Source: Eledone cirrhosa (lineage: Eukaryota). Taken from it: a stretch of 64,000 bases of DNA. The stretch lies in contig OZ024748.1 of the NCBI GenBank assembly GCA_964016885.1, positions 32,612,001 through 32,676,000 of the forward strand, in the 5' to 3' direction. Position 1 is the first letter of the stretch. Each line of letters opens with the position of its first letter. Under the pieces are notes generated by a model. That model saw nothing but the letters and a program-made list of their open reading frames with translations. It was not told the DNA's origin and ran no database searches. A program made the translations under genes and the position numbers. Shown one piece after another: positions 12,801 to 27,714 of this stretch.

Positions 12801-12960
12801 TTATATAATACATGCTGCTAAATGTAATACTATACTTCTAAACAGGTTATATATTACACACTGCTAAATGTAATACTTCTAAACTGGTTATATATTACAC
12901 ACTGCTAAAAGTAATACTATACTTCTAAACTGGTTATATATTACACACTTCTAAAAGCAA
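9860..12960. repeat. 46-bp AT-rich minisatellite, ~67 copies
   Basis: Consensus ggttatatattacacactgctaaaagtaatactatacttctaaact; period 46 (for example 9900 to 9946). Confidence 0.97.
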
Positions 12961-13304
12961 TACAATAAAATATATCTTATCAAATATTATCTTCATGTAT
13001 GAAGGGTTGACAAGTGTAGGACACCCCACTAGAGGAAGACCCAGGGAGACATGGGATGATAAAGGTTGACCTGGCTTAGCTGAGCCTCCCAATGAAGATA
13101 ACACAGGACGGAGACCTCTGGCACTAAAATGTACAACCAAACGACCCATGTCAACAACTCAGCCCAAGACCCTGCTAATAACAGTGCCACTCAGCTCACC
13201 ACTGTAAATGTGGACCACCCAGTAACTGGCCCAACCTCCCGCATAGTGGGACAACCCAGTTCCCAAATTATGGTTCCAATGTGGGCAGGATATGGTGCAG
13301 CCCA

Positions 13305-13590
13305 CTGACCAGAACCTCCTAATAAAGGTGTCCCCCAGGGCTCTACTATAAACAAGGCTTGGTGCTGCCAACTAGCCAGAACCTCATAATGGTCTCCCCC
13401 AGGCCTCTACTATGAACAAAGCTTGGTGCTGCCAACTGGCCAGAACCACCTAATAAAGGTGTCACCTAGGGCTCTACTATAAACATGGCTTGGTATGACC
13501 AACTGACGAGAACCGCCTCATAAAGGTGTCACACAGGGCTCTACTATGAACAAGACTTGGTGCTGCCAACTGACCAGGCCTACTTCATAA
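13305..13590. repeat. ~65-bp tandem repeat, ~4 copies
   Basis: Recurrent ccagaacc..taataaaggtgtc...agggctctactat.aacaag.cttggtgctgccaact. Confidence 0.75.
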
Positions 13591-14613
13591 TGGGTCTACC
13601 AAGATCCCAAAACACAGCAACAGTCCCGATATTGTGCAAGGTACACTGCAGTCATTTGGGCAGACTTTCCAGTAACAAGACTCCACTATGTGTAAGACTT
13701 TGAGAGTCCAACTGGCTAGACCTCCCTCATAGTGGGACTACCTAGCTCTCAAACTATAGCTCTACTGTGAGCAGGTTACAGTGAAGCAACCAGGCCTGTC
13801 CCTCCTCATAACTGTGCCATCCAGTCCGACACTGTAAATGTGGTTGGTGTTAGGAAGAGTATCCCACTGTAAAAAGGGAAGTAAACATTTGGTTATATAA
13901 ACATATATATATACACAGACGTATCCACTGTAAGTTGTGGGGTCTATTCTGTATGAAGTACTCAATGTAATCCATATGTTGAACATGTTGTAGGTTAAGA
14001 TAAATCTCAGAAAACAATAAAATATTAAAAGGAAACAGAGTCATGATATAAGTTAAAACAAATGAAATAAAAAATCAAGTCATTAGAGATGTACTTCACT
14101 GCTTTACGATCGTTTCTAGATGGTGATAATACATTGTATCTATACTGAGTTATTGATCTATGTAAGTTTACAAACTATTAGATAGAGAGAATATTTTCTT
14201 ACATGCATATCACCAGCTGTTTTCAAAAGCAATAATAATTTTATTCAATAATAATTTTACTCAGAATTAGTATCATGTCTATATTTGGAGGTAGTTGAAG
14301 AACTAACGATCAAATTGTATTTTTCATATGGTGTTAAGATGAAGAGTAATACACTTTAGTTGAGGTCATGACCCTTTGAAAGGAATGGTTGAAAGGTGTT
14401 AGTAGAAATGGTATAAAAATCTATTAGGAAGGAAGGGGATTGTCAAACAGATAGTTGAATGTATCTTGTATAGTGAATTTAAAAGGAATGTCAAAATAAA
14501 TGGTGATTAGTGTTGTATTGAGTTTTAAGGTGAATATAAATTAATGTTATGGCTAGGAAAGAATATAAATTAATGTTATGGCTATTAAAAGATGAAAATT
14601 ATAATAAGATAAT

Positions 14614-14800
14614 TGTTTCTATTTTAGGCACAAGGCCAACAATTACCCAGTACATTACTGGTACTTTATTTTATCGACCCCGCAAGGATGAAAGGCAAAG
14701 TTAACCTCGGCGGCATTTGAACTCAGATCATAAAGGGACGTAACTCTATGCTTCAAAGCATGGTGTCCGACTCTCTACCGATACTGCCAATCCACCGCCC
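14614..14800 (-). mobile_element. tRNA-derived SINE (family A) with 15-bp TSD
   Basis: Starts GGGCGGTGGATTGGCAG, with B-box GAGTTCAAATG and tail TAGAAACAATT. TSD ttataataagataat at 14599-14613 and 14801-14815. Absent from the other inverted arm. Confidence 0.9.
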
Positions 14801-15193
14801 TTATAATAAGATAATGAGATATAGTAATGCGATAATATACAACTTAACCAACAGAATATAGTACGGTGTGATAAATTGCACTCAGTATAATATAACATAT
14901 TATACGCTCTAAAATATTACTGAGTATGTTTATGCATATACAATTAAACTCAGATAAGTACATGTTGGCATAGTTAAAACACATAAATTTCATAGTCTAC
15001 AAAGTGCATATATTCACACTACATATAGAGAGAGGTACAGTTATATTGATATTTAACCAAAATATATATATGTGCAAATAGTTGCAAACCTAAATACACA
15101 TCCACACGCATGCATATAATCATATATATACATATACATACATATCTATATCCACACATACACATCTATACCTCCATATATACATATACATAT

Positions 15194-15272
<79 letters not shown>

Positions 15273-15309
15273 CATACATATATACACACACATACATACA
15301 CATATACAC

Positions 15310-15382
<73 letters not shown>

Positions 15383-15591
15383 CATATATATATACATATA
15401 CAACACACACACACATGCACACTTGTGTGAGCATATGTACACTCCTCTTAGATGTGCACATACTCATATATACACATTCATACACCTATACTCACATATA
15501 CACACACACAAACACATATATATACACACACACATATATATATACATACACACACACATACATATGTATATATACACCAATATATACACAC

Positions 15592-15628
<37 letters not shown>

Positions 15629-15718
15629 TACACATATACATACACATACATATACATACATACACATATACACATACATACACAAGCATATACATATATA
15701 CCCATATACACATACATA

Positions 15719-15758
<40 letters not shown>

Positions 15759-15794
15759 AATATATACACACATAAATATATTTCCATATCTAAA

Positions 15795-16098
15795 TCGTCC
15801 TTAGATTTAGTAATTTCCAAGATCTCTCCTGAACATAATCTGCACTCACTCCTCTTTCCAAGATATGGAGTTTTTGTAGAATGGTGTTCCACTATAACTT
15901 AAAATCTATTTTTTTCTTTTTATATTTATTTACCGCTTCAGCTAAAGAAGTGGTGTTTGCTAGTTTAGTATTGTTGAAACTAAAAGAGTGTGCGTAAAAT
16001 CTTTTCTTAAATGTGTTTGATGTAGATCCTATATATGTTTTGTTGGAGTCTGTAGTAGACTCAGTGCATTTATATATTTCATTATTAATCAAACATGC
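15795..16098 (-). pseudogene. Penelope-type GIY-YIG endonuclease fragment
   Basis: CLINNEIYKC...TYIGSTSNTFKKRFYAHSFSF...TSLA, followed across frameshifts by CRLCSGEILEI. This is the C-terminal endonuclease pattern of Penelope-like elements. Confidence 0.8.
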
Positions 16099-16286
16099 GG
16101 TGAAGGGCGGTGAATTGGCAGTATCGGTAGAGGGTCGGACATGCTTTCCAGCATAGTTACTTCCCTTTACGATCTGAGTTCAAATCCCGGCGAGGTTAAC
16201 TTTGCCTTTCATCCTTACGAGGTCGATAAAATAAAGTACCAGTAATGTACTGGGTAATTGCTGGCCTTGTGCCAAAAGTAGAAACA
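16099..16286 (+). mobile_element. tRNA-derived SINE (family A) with 18-bp TSD
   Basis: TSD attattaatcaaacatgc at 16081-16098 and 16287-16304. It interrupts the Penelope ORF. Confidence 0.9.
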
Positions 16287-16456
16287 ATTATTAATCAAAC
16301 ATGCTTTCATGCTTATTTTTGCCTTTTAATGTTTTAGCTTCCTTAGATTTATGTGTTAATGACTGAAGGCGACAAGATACACAGCCACCCGTAATTGCAT
16401 GAGTAAAAATAAACATCTATGTATGATATGGAAATATATTTATGTGTGTATATATT

Positions 16457-16503
<47 letters not shown>

Positions 16504-16604
16504 ACATATATGTTTATGTATGTGTATATGTGTATATATGTATATGCTTGTGTATGTATGTGTATATGTGTATGTATGTATATGTATGTGTATGTATATG
16601 TGTA

Positions 16605-16645
<41 letters not shown>

Positions 16646-17072
16646 GTGTGTATATATATGTGTATATATATGTATGTGTATGTGTATGTATATATACAGT
16701 GCGCCGCAAAAGTTTACAACACATTAGGAAAAATGCAGTTTTAGGTATTTTTAATAAAATTAGGGTAATGAAAATTTAACTACTCATAGAACATATAATG
16801 AGGCATTTAATGATACAATCATATTTTTAAAAAAATAACAAGGAAATAACACATGAAGAAAAATCAATATTTTTATAACGCAAAAGTTTACAACACATTT
16901 TATATTTATCGCTTTTTTTCAAGAAAATTCTTAAATTTTCAGATTTAAAATTCAGTAGAATGTTCTAGATTAGGTTTAAGGTAACTTTTAAGGACTATTA
17001 AAAACATTACATCATTATTTGTCTGACAACCATCCTGTAAACATTGACAACCGTCCTGTAAACATGGACAAT

Positions 17073-18306
<1,234 letters not shown>

Positions 18307-18523
18307 GAGATGATTTAATAAATGTGTTGTAAACTTTTGCGTTATAAAAATATGGATTTTTCTTCATGAGTTATTTCCTTGTTATTTTTTTAAAACTATG
18401 ATTGTATCATTAAATGCCTCATTATATGTTCTATCGGTAATTAAATTTTCATTACCCTAACTTTATTAAAAATACCTAAAACCGCATTTTTCCTAATGTG
18501 TTGTAAACTTTTGCGGGGCACTG

Positions 18524-18572
<49 letters not shown>

Positions 18573-18709
18573 GTGTTTGTGTGTGTGTATATGTGAGTAT
18601 AGGTGTATGAATGTTTATATATGAGTATGTGCACATGTAAGAGGAGTGTACATATGCTCACACAAGTGGGTATATATATATATATGTATGTGTGTGTGTT
18701 GTATATGTA

Positions 18710-18949
18710 TAGATAAAAGCTTCACGGCACAGGCATTGCTTTATATCTGGAGATCTCTCTGCACTTGTCGTCACATGGTACCATGGGCCCAGAACTATGT
18801 GTCAATAATTGTCACAAGTGTAGTGTTTGTACCAGAGTTTTCAAGTCACTGGCTGGACTAAAAAGTCACACTCGTTCAGCGTATCGGTAGGGGTTCTCCT
18901 ACATGGATATAAGGTAATGGCCGTACTCGAAAACGAGTTGGCAGCCACC

Positions 18950-18950
<1 letters not shown>
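18710..18950 (+). mobile_element. RTE-like LINE extreme 3' fragment
   Basis: Encodes [22 protein letters not shown], resembling the C-terminal zinc motif of RTE ORFs. Present in only one inverted arm. Confidence 0.5.
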
Positions 18951-19017
<67 letters not shown>

Positions 19018-19098
19018 GTGTATATATATATGTGTATGTATATATGTATGTATGTATCTATGTTTGTGTCTATATGTATGTACATGTATATAAGTATG

Positions 19099-19157
<59 letters not shown>

Positions 19158-20051
19158 ATTTGTATATGTATATATATGATTATATGCATGCGTGTGGATG
19201 TGTATTTGGGTTTGCATCTATTTGCACGTATGTATATTTTGTTTAGATATCAATAAAACTGTACCTCTCTCTATATGTAGTGTGAATATATGCACTTTGT
19301 AGACTATGAAATGTATGTGTTTTAACTATGCCAACATGTACTTACCTGAGTTTGATTGTTTATGCATAAACATACTTAGTAATATTTTAGAGCGTATAAT
19401 ATGTTATATTATACTGAGTGCAATTTATCACACCGTACTATATTCTGTTGGTTAAGTTGTACATTATTGCATTACTATATCTCATTATCTTATTATAATT
19501 TTCTTCTTTTAATATACTATCTTTCCTAGCCATAACATTAATTTATATTCACCTTAAAACTCAATACAACACTAATCACCATTTATTTTGACATTCCTTT
19601 TAAATTCACTATACAAGATACATTCAACTATTAGTTTGACAATCCCCTTCCTTCCTAATAGATTTTTATGCCATTTCTACTAACACCTTTCAACCATTCC
19701 TTTCAAAGGGTCATGACCTCAACTAAAGTGTATTACTTTTCATCTTAACACCATATGAAAAAATTTTATTAGTTCTTCAACTACCTCCAAATATAGACAT
19801 GATACTAATTCTGAGTAAAATTATTATTGAATAAAATTATTATTGCTTTTGAAAACAGCTGGTGATATGCATGTAAGAAAATATTCTCTCTATCTGATAG
19901 TTTGTAAACTTATATAGATCAATAACTCAGTATAGATACAATGTATTATCACCATCTAGAAACGATAATAAAGCAGTGAAGTATATCTCTAATGACTTGA
20001 TTTTTTATTTCATTGTTTTAACTTATATATAGATTTATATATATATATATA

Positions 20052-21175
20052 ACTTTGATAGGTTTTGGCTAGTATTGGCCCAGGCCATGTCTAACTTAAT
20101 AGCACCACCTGGCCCCTCAGGAAGAGAGTTATTGTTTACGCAGACATATCCGGGTGTAGGAGGTTCATCCAGGATTTCTTGAAGGAATTTGTCCAAACAC
20201 CTTTTGAATTTTATGGGGTCTGTTTCTGTTTTAATGTGTTTTATGGGCAATTCTGATGGAATATTTTCCACATCATGCGCTGACGGTGACGTTGGAGAGA
20301 ATAAAGGTTGAGCTTTTCTAATTGACTCCCATATTGAAGGCCTGTCATGTCATCTATCTTTTTTGTAATTGACCTTTGGGGTGCTTCAACTTTCATGATA
20401 CTTTGTTTCATGTAGGGAGACCACAGTGGACAACAGTATTCAACGTGGGGTCGGGCAAAAGTGGAGAAAAGAAGGATAATGGTGTAGATATCTCTCGACT
20501 GAGAGGTTCTGAGAATCCAGGGAAACATTCAGTTTGCCATGACAACTTTGCTCTTTATATGAGTGGTCCAGCTTATGTTGTTGTCCACAATTACTCCCAA
20601 GTCACTGATGTTGTTGGATGCCATGAGTTTCACTAGAAGGAAGAGAATATAGGAGTTTCAGTGCATCTTTTTTTCCAAAGTAGATTAACTCAAATACATC
20701 CTTGTTCAGCAGCATATTGTTCTTTTCCATCCATTGGATAACAGCCAGTAGGTCTGACTGAAGGTGTGTCTGGTCACCCACTCCATTGATGACCTATCTG
20801 GAGCTTGGAATCATCTGCAAAGATTCTCATGCTGCTGTGCTTGATGACATCAGTAACGTCATTTATATAGATAATGAAAAGAAGTGGGCTTAACACAATG
20901 CCTTGTGGAACACCATTACTGACTTTGGCTGGGCTGGATATACTACTTCGACTACAACATGTTGGACTCTGTCTGTCAGGAAACACTTGATCCATTGCAG
21001 TAACTTTCCAGAGACACCAATGTTGGATAGTTTTTTCAGTAAAATGTTGTGATCAACCCTGTCAAAGGCCTTGCTGAAATCAGGGTAGATAACATCAGTG
21101 TTGGAGCCCTCTCCCAAAGCTCTTAATATGTCATCAAAGTGATGCATTAGCAGTGTTAGGCAGTCCCTTCCATTA
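20052..21175 (-). mobile_element. CR1-like LINE RT fragment, degraded
   Basis: DVIYPDFSKAFDRVDH, GVPQGIVLSPLLFIIYIND, IFADDSKL and RPHVEYCCPLWSP across frameshifts. Confidence 0.88.
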
Positions 21176-21593
21176 GCAGTGTTAGGTTGTCCCTTCATTT
21201 ATCCCAGTGTTAGGCTGTCCCTTCATTTATCTTCCAGTCCCTGGAAGATAAATGAAGGGACAGTCATACTGCAGACATAGTCTCTCATGTTGGGAATACC
21301 GGCATATCTTAGGATTGTGGGTTACACATGTTTTAGTATTCAATTTACTATTTGGTGGTGTTGATGTTGATGTGGGATGTGTACTTTGGCCTTGGCTGGT
21401 AGTGTTTGTATGGATTGTGTGTCTAGTGCCAGGTAGATGTGTGAAGATACAGTCACTACGTGTGCAGAGCCTCTGATGTAGTGAATAACGGCATATTTTG
21501 GGGTTTCTTGTTTGTGCCGTGCGCATTCTACAGTAGGATTGAGGTTGCGATATGGGGGAAGAAAGCAGTGATTTATTATTAGTAGTTGAAGAA

Positions 21594-21748
21594 GGGCGGT
21601 GGATTGGAAGTATTGGTAGAGGGTCAGACGCCATGTTTTGCAGAGTTACGGCCCTTTATGATCTGAGTTCAAATCCCGTTGATGTTAACTTTGCCTTTCA
21701 TCCTTACTGGGATGATAAAATAAAGTACCAGTCATGTACTGGAGTCGA
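21594..21748 (+). mobile_element. tRNA-derived SINE (family A), older copy
   Basis: gggcggtggattgg...gagttcaaatccc...ttgcctttcatcctt...aaagtaccagt. Confidence 0.8.
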
Positions 21749-22019
21749 TGAAAGTGGTGATGAGATACTGTCATTGAGTAAATCTGCTATTGTGCTGACA
21801 TTTAGGAGTGGCTCTTCCTGTTGTTGTTGATGTTGTTGTTGTTGACACACTTGACTAATATTTGAGGAAAAAATACAATACATACAAACACACATATATA
21901 ACATAGAAGGCAATTAAAACAGCTAAATGTTGTCAAAGACAGGGATGACCAGAAATGTCTCAGAGGACAGAGACCAGCAGTCAGTGGTCAACAGAGACAA
22001 TCCACAAGGTGTATGGTAC

Positions 22020-22700
22020 ACATGAGCTGAACTCCCACTGTCATCACCTCCATCTCACTCAGCCTCCCCATCTCACATGTACACCAGGTCCTGACACAGA
22101 GGAACCAAACTCCCACTGTCATCACCTGCATCTCTCTCACCCTCCCCATCTCACATGTACACCAGGTCTGAACACAGAGGAACCAAACTCCCACTGTCAT
22201 CACCTGCATCTCTCTCACCCTCCCCATCTCACATGTACACCAGGTCCTGACACAGAGGAACCAAACTCCCACTGTCATCACCTCCATCTCTCTCACCCTC
22301 CCCATCTCACATGTACTCAGGTCCGAACACAGGGGAACCAAACTCCCACTGTCATCACCTCCATCTCTCTCACCCTCCCCATCTCACATGTACACCAGGT
22401 CCGAACACAGAGGAACCAAACTCCCACTGTCATCACCTCCATCTCTCTCACCCTCCCCATCTCACATGTACACCAGGTCTGAACACAGAGGAACCAAACT
22501 CCCACTGCCATCAGCTCCATCTCTCTCACCCTCCCCATCTCACATGTACACCAGGTCCAAACACAGAGGAACCAAACTCCCACTGTCATCACCTCCATCT
22601 CTCTCACCCTCCCCATCTCACATGTACACCAGGTCTGAACACAGAGGAACCAAACTCCCACTGTCATCATCTCCATCCCTCTCACTCTCCCCATCTCTCT
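22020..22700. repeat. 78-bp minisatellite, ~8.5 copies
   Basis: Period 78 (22081 to 22159); unit acaccaggtc.gaacacagaggaaccaaactcccactgtcatcacctccatctctctcaccctccccatctcacatgt. Confidence 0.95.
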
Positions 22701-23680
22701 GTATTATGAGAAAAAGGGGTCCCATGTGCTGGCCGCCTCACAGCCCTGGCAGACAGAATGGAGAAGGCTTTTCCCCGGAGGATGGTAAGGGAGATGAACT
22801 GGAAGAGCCATTCCATCTCGCGAGGCTCACAACTCAGTGGGTAGCCAACTCTGTGCCTATGGTGGTAAGTAGGCAGGTAGCCCTAGGGCCAAGGACAACA
22901 GAAGTCTCCACTGCCAAGGGCACGACCGCAAACCTGTCGGAGTGCAAAATGTGTAATTCCTTTACTTTAAGAGTTTAAAGTGTGTGTTGGCTGCTATTTC
23001 TACCAGGTCAAGTAATCAGGTAAGAGACTCCCTCGTTGATACGTAATAAATATTTCACTGAGTGATGCTGCTTGTTTTACCATGGGTTGGATTCAATTGA
23101 TGGAGTGAATTGATATAACTGAAGGTCTTTCTGAAAGTATGAAATTATGTCAGGGACTTTTAATGTAGACACCAGTTTTTCGTGGGGAAACATTGTCAAC
23201 GACACCACGTACATGCTATCTTAGTTATAACTTTAATTAATCTTGTGTAGCAATTATCTCATGTTAAGGTGAAAGTTAATATTCTGTAGATAACATAGAG
23301 TGAGCTACATGTTTTAGGGTAGGTGTTCCATCTCCTACATGATTAAATATTTCATTTCATGAGAAACTAAGTTACATCGTGAATTGGTTGTTCCACGTTT
23401 TACAGGACAGAGAGAAATAGGTTTAAATCACCAACATCTGAACAATTAGCTTTCCTGGTCTTTCTTGACTTTACACTTGGACTTGAAATATAAAGTATGT
23501 ATTATTTGTATTGTTAACACAGCAGATATTGTGTACATTTCTACACTCTCTGGTGAACAATCCTCATTTATTAAGACACAAACACACACACACTCTCCCT
23601 CTCTCTTACACTTTCTTATACCGACATCAGACTTACAGTCATATATCTTCAGAACTTCGAAGAATTGTTCAAGAATTACT

Positions 23681-23901
23681 ATGGAGGACGTTAAACACTT
23701 GGACATTTCTACTACAGCTGTTTCTACCAATATAGATACAGTTACACAGACATACAGTGGTGAGAAACCTTTACCTAGTGAAACATGTACTGAACAAGGA
23801 TCATTATACAGAAATATTCCTGAATGTAGCTGTGAGATTTGTAGGAAAACTTTCTCATCAGAAGATGAATTATCTACACACAAACACATACATATTAAAA
23901 C
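23681..23901 (+). pseudogene. C2H2-ZNF paralog 1, 5' part (cut by LTR insertion)
   Basis: MEDVKHLDIST...[23 protein letters not shown]; the finger array resumes at 27715. Confidence 0.85.
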
Positions 23902-26900
23902 TGTTGTATTATTTTGTACCAAGTCAAAGGTTTTTATTCAATCTAAGAATAATATAGAAAGAGTCAATAAGAAAAGAAATTAGTATGGGTCAACAATACA
24001 ACAAACAAGAACAGAACGAATGCAACGAATAAGAATAAAAAGGAATCAAATCAAAGAGAAGAAAGTGATGCTATAAATCAAATCATATCATCACATTCTT
24101 TCCCTCTAGCGTTAATCGTTGTATCGCATTGGCCTCACTACTAAGCGTCCTCGGCGTGTTCTTTGTTGTTGGGGTGTGTTATTCGAAGTTAAGAATGTGT
24201 CAGAAGATTCATCATCGTCGAATTCAGCACTCTCTGTAGGATTGTCATCGGTGGTAGATGTCATACTTTCATTCCCAACTGTCACAGGTGTAGATATTGC
24301 TGTTGGTTGAATTAAATTGGCGCCTTTTGGGGAGTTATTATTCTGACATTCCGATGTTGTTGAATTTCCATTGTTTTGTGATGGTGCTGCTGGTGCGAGA
24401 TTTGTAGTTGAGACTGTGTCTATTCTTCCACTATTAAATTGTACCTTGGCAAAGTGGGGTGAGATCGTCTCGATGAGTTGAACGTTTTCCTTGAGATAGA
24501 TCAACATCTTTATTCTTTATGTGACGTCCATGTAGCACGATTGTGCCCGGTTTATTTAGAAACTCTGGTATTTCTGTGCCATTGTTTGTCGATCTGGTGA
24601 ATGAAAATACTCCTTCATGTGGTGTGGCGTTTGTAGCAGTGCAAAGCAATCCTCGGATAGAGGACAGAGAGATTGGAATCATGTTACTCCATTTTTATTG
24701 AGGTTATTTGTCTTCAATGCCAGACTTATCGCTTTGCATATTGTGCATTTAACTCTTTCGCATTGGCCGTTGGCTTGGGGTCGATATGGCGTGGTGTGGC
24801 TTTTTATAATGTTATTACTCCATAAGAAATCTTTGAGTTTTTGTGATTCAAATTGACGTCCCCTATCTGTATGAATCGAACTGGGTTTTCCAAATATAGA
24901 GAATATCTCCAATAGATGTTTAATTACTAAGTCCGTTGTTATCTCTTTACAGGGAATGGCGAATGGAAAACGTGAGTACTCGTCAACTATAGTCAATATA
25001 AATCGAAAACCGTTTGAGATAGCCATAGGACCTACAAAGTCCATTGATAGTCTTTCCTAGGGTCTTGTGGCATGTATTAATCTTCCTTTGGGTGGTTTAT
25101 AGAATTGTGATTTACATTCACGGCATATTTTGCAATTGGCGATAACTTCTCTTATTTCATTAATAGAATATGCCAAGTTCATTGATTTACAATAATGTAG
25201 AAGTCTGGTGACCCCCGATGACATAGACGTGAGTGAATATTGTATAATTTGTGTTCCGTCTTAGTAGAGCAGCAGCGCGATAGGGCGTTTGCGGCTTGGT
25301 TTAATGAACCAGCTCTATATGAGAAGGTAAGGTTAAGATCGCTTAGCTCCAGTCGCCAGCGGGCTACCTTCTCGTTTTTAATCTTGGAAGTGTGTTTTTT
25401 GTTGAACGCAAATGCAACCTATCATTGGTCTGTTATGATGCCTCCATTTTCTACAACATCTATAATTGCGCAAGCTTCCTTTTCGATGATGGAATGTCCT
25501 CTTTCTGACTTATTTAGGGTTCTACTAAGAAAAGCAATTGGACAACCATTTTGTGATAGAGTTCCGCAAATGGCAATATTTGATGCGTCGGTTTCGATTA
25601 TAAATGGTGCAGTGAAATCGGATGAACACAATGATACCTTTATGAGTTCTTCCTCCATCTTATTAATAGTAGATTTTTCTTCGTTTGATAGATCTTGTTT
25701 ATCAATGGTGTTTCTTGCCTTTGTAAGAACGACTGAGAGGTTAGAAGAGCCCTTAATCCATTTAGCATAGCATGCAAAAAGACTGATTACCCGGTTCAAC
25801 TCATGTAACGTCTTTGGGAACGGCATGTCAATAAGGGCTGTATACCTTTCAGGCTCCGGTCTTAATTTACCTTTTTCTATGGCATGTCCAAGGAAATGTG
25901 TTCTATTTTGATTAAAGCTGCATTTGTCTCGATTCAATCGCATACCTGCATTGTTAACTGCATTCATGAATTGCTTTAGGTTATGGTTATGTTCTTCGAC
26001 TGTGTCTCCTCCTATAATAATGTCGTCAAGATATTTTCGAGAAATGCGTGTGTTTTGAAATTGTGTTGAGTGGGTCTTCGATTATGGCATTAGGGTATGA
26101 ATCTAATGGTGTGTAACGATTTATAGAGCCTGAGTTGTCTATGACAAGACGTTTTTTGTTTTCTTGATCTATTACGAAATACTGCGCTCTCCATGGGCTT
26201 CTGCTCTGTTGAATTATTCCAGCTTTAAGCATTTTGTCGATTTCCGTTTTAATGAATTGCTGGTCTTTAATGTATTTTCGAGGAGGTATAGATAATGTTT
26301 TTAATTTTGTAGTATCGATACCAGGCATTAAATCATATTCTTCACAATTCAGAGTTTGCATTGACATACATATCGTGACTGGTCTCATGCTCCCCGCATA
26401 TTTTATTGTTAAGGACTTATGCCTTTTAAGTATATCAAGACCCATAACTATTGGAGCAATGAGTTTGTCAACCACCATTAGATCGATGTGGTATTCTCAG
26501 CCCTCCCATTCTAATGTTGTTTCAAACATACCTCGTATTATGAGTTTACTGTTGTCAGCTAAAATTACACCCTTATTCTTAGTTTTCTTGAATTTACTTT
26601 GCCATTTCGACAAGAGGTTCATGTCAATGAAAGACTTGTCTGAGCCTGTGTCAAGTAAACCTTCTGTTTTATGTGAATTGACATAAATTGTTAAAAGGTT
26701 TGTATTATGATTCACGGAAGCAAGTTTATAACAGGCAGCAAGATTAGTGCCATCATAGGCTTCATCGGGGCCCTCGTTATTATTCAAGACTGCTGTGTGT
26801 TTTATCTTCTTTAGTACCTTCTTATTTTTAACAAAACATACTGTTGCCCAGTGGCCTTTCTTGTGGCAGAAATTTCAAGTTGAATTTTTTGCAGGGCACT

Positions 26901-27714
26901 CTGATTTTTGGTGATATGAACCACCACACCAGAAACATTTTGATGAAGAAGCAGCGAATACGGGTTGTGACAGCGGTTGTATTGTCGTTGTTGACAGATT
27001 TTGTGCGTCTTCTATTGCCAGTTCTAATGTGAGAGAGGTTTGGAATATTTTATCTAGATTTTTGTCAGGTGATTCCAGAAGTCGTTGTTTTATGGTAGCG
27101 GATTGAACACCCGACACGAACGCATCACAAATCAACAATTGTCTATGTTGTTCCCCTGTTAGGGGTTTAGTGGGGCATTTCTTTGCGATGGCTTTTAATT
27201 CAGTCATGTAAGCCTCCAATGATTGCCCTTCTTGTTGACGATGGTTGCGTAGTTTATATCGGGTCATTATTGCTGAGCCTTTCTTTTGAAATTTATTATC
27301 AAGAACGGATAACGCCTCATCGAATGATGTTGCTTCTTCAATGAGAGTATAGGCATTGGCTACGCAAAGAACCAGAAGGACTGACAGCTTACTTTCCTCA
27401 GGAACAGACGAGTTTTCCAAATAGATCGCCAACATTCTCTTCCAGTAGGCATAATCAGATTCACTAGGATCATCCGGAAGAATTTTCTTGAATATTTTCG
27501 GATCCATGATTGAATAAAATTGTTGTATTATTTTGTACCAAGTCAAATGTTTTTATTCAATCTAAGAATAATATAGAAAGAGTCAATAAGAGAAGAAATT
27601 AGTATGGGTCAACAATACAAGAAACAAGAACAGGACGAATGCAACGAATAAGAATAAAAAGGAATCAAATCAAAGAGAAGAAAGTGATGCTATAAAAAAA
27701 ATCATATCATCACA
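23902..27714 (-). mobile_element. Ty3/Gypsy LTR retrotransposon, Mag-like, degraded, with an internal RT deletion
   Basis: 194-bp TG...CA LTRs at 23902-24095 and 27521-27714. PPT AGAGGGAAAGAA at 24096-24107. TSD approximately AAAAC. Gag has a double knuckle (CFWCGGSYH..ECPA..*NFCHKKGHWATVC). Also LLDTGS, YLDD at ~26020, ETDAS, MDFVGP, TDRGRQF and NGQCER. Confidence 0.93.
26840..27507 (-). pseudogene. gag: Mag-like gag with two zinc knuckles; stop at the first Cys of the second
   Basis: ORF 26875-27546, with the likely start MDPKIF at 27507; contains RHRQQ-type Q.EG.SLEAY..LK motif and DAFVSG. Confidence 0.8.

Noticed and set aside
9860-12960. CRISPR-like regular array
   Set aside because: Units are head-to-tail with no unique spacers, there are no cas genes, and the context is eukaryotic.
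14101-14155. Hammerhead in the Penelope arm (minus strand: CTCAGTA-TAGAT..ATCTA-GAAA-CGATCG-TA)
   Set aside because: Stems II and III look right, but the core reads CUCAGUA rather than CUGANGA in both arms and stem I does not pair; at most a relic.
15110-16779. Many YI/IY/VC-rich ORFs (also ~9280-9750, 18830-19250, 58150-58800, 61410-61690, 62215-62630)
   Set aside because: Artefacts of (TA)n/(CA)n microsatellites that lack stop codons.
21955-22978. His/Pro/Cys-rich repeat protein (PNSHCHHLHLSHPPHLTC)n
   Set aside because: It is the translation of a 78-bp minisatellite that is open in several frames on both strands and frameshifted mid-array; no sign of coding constraint.
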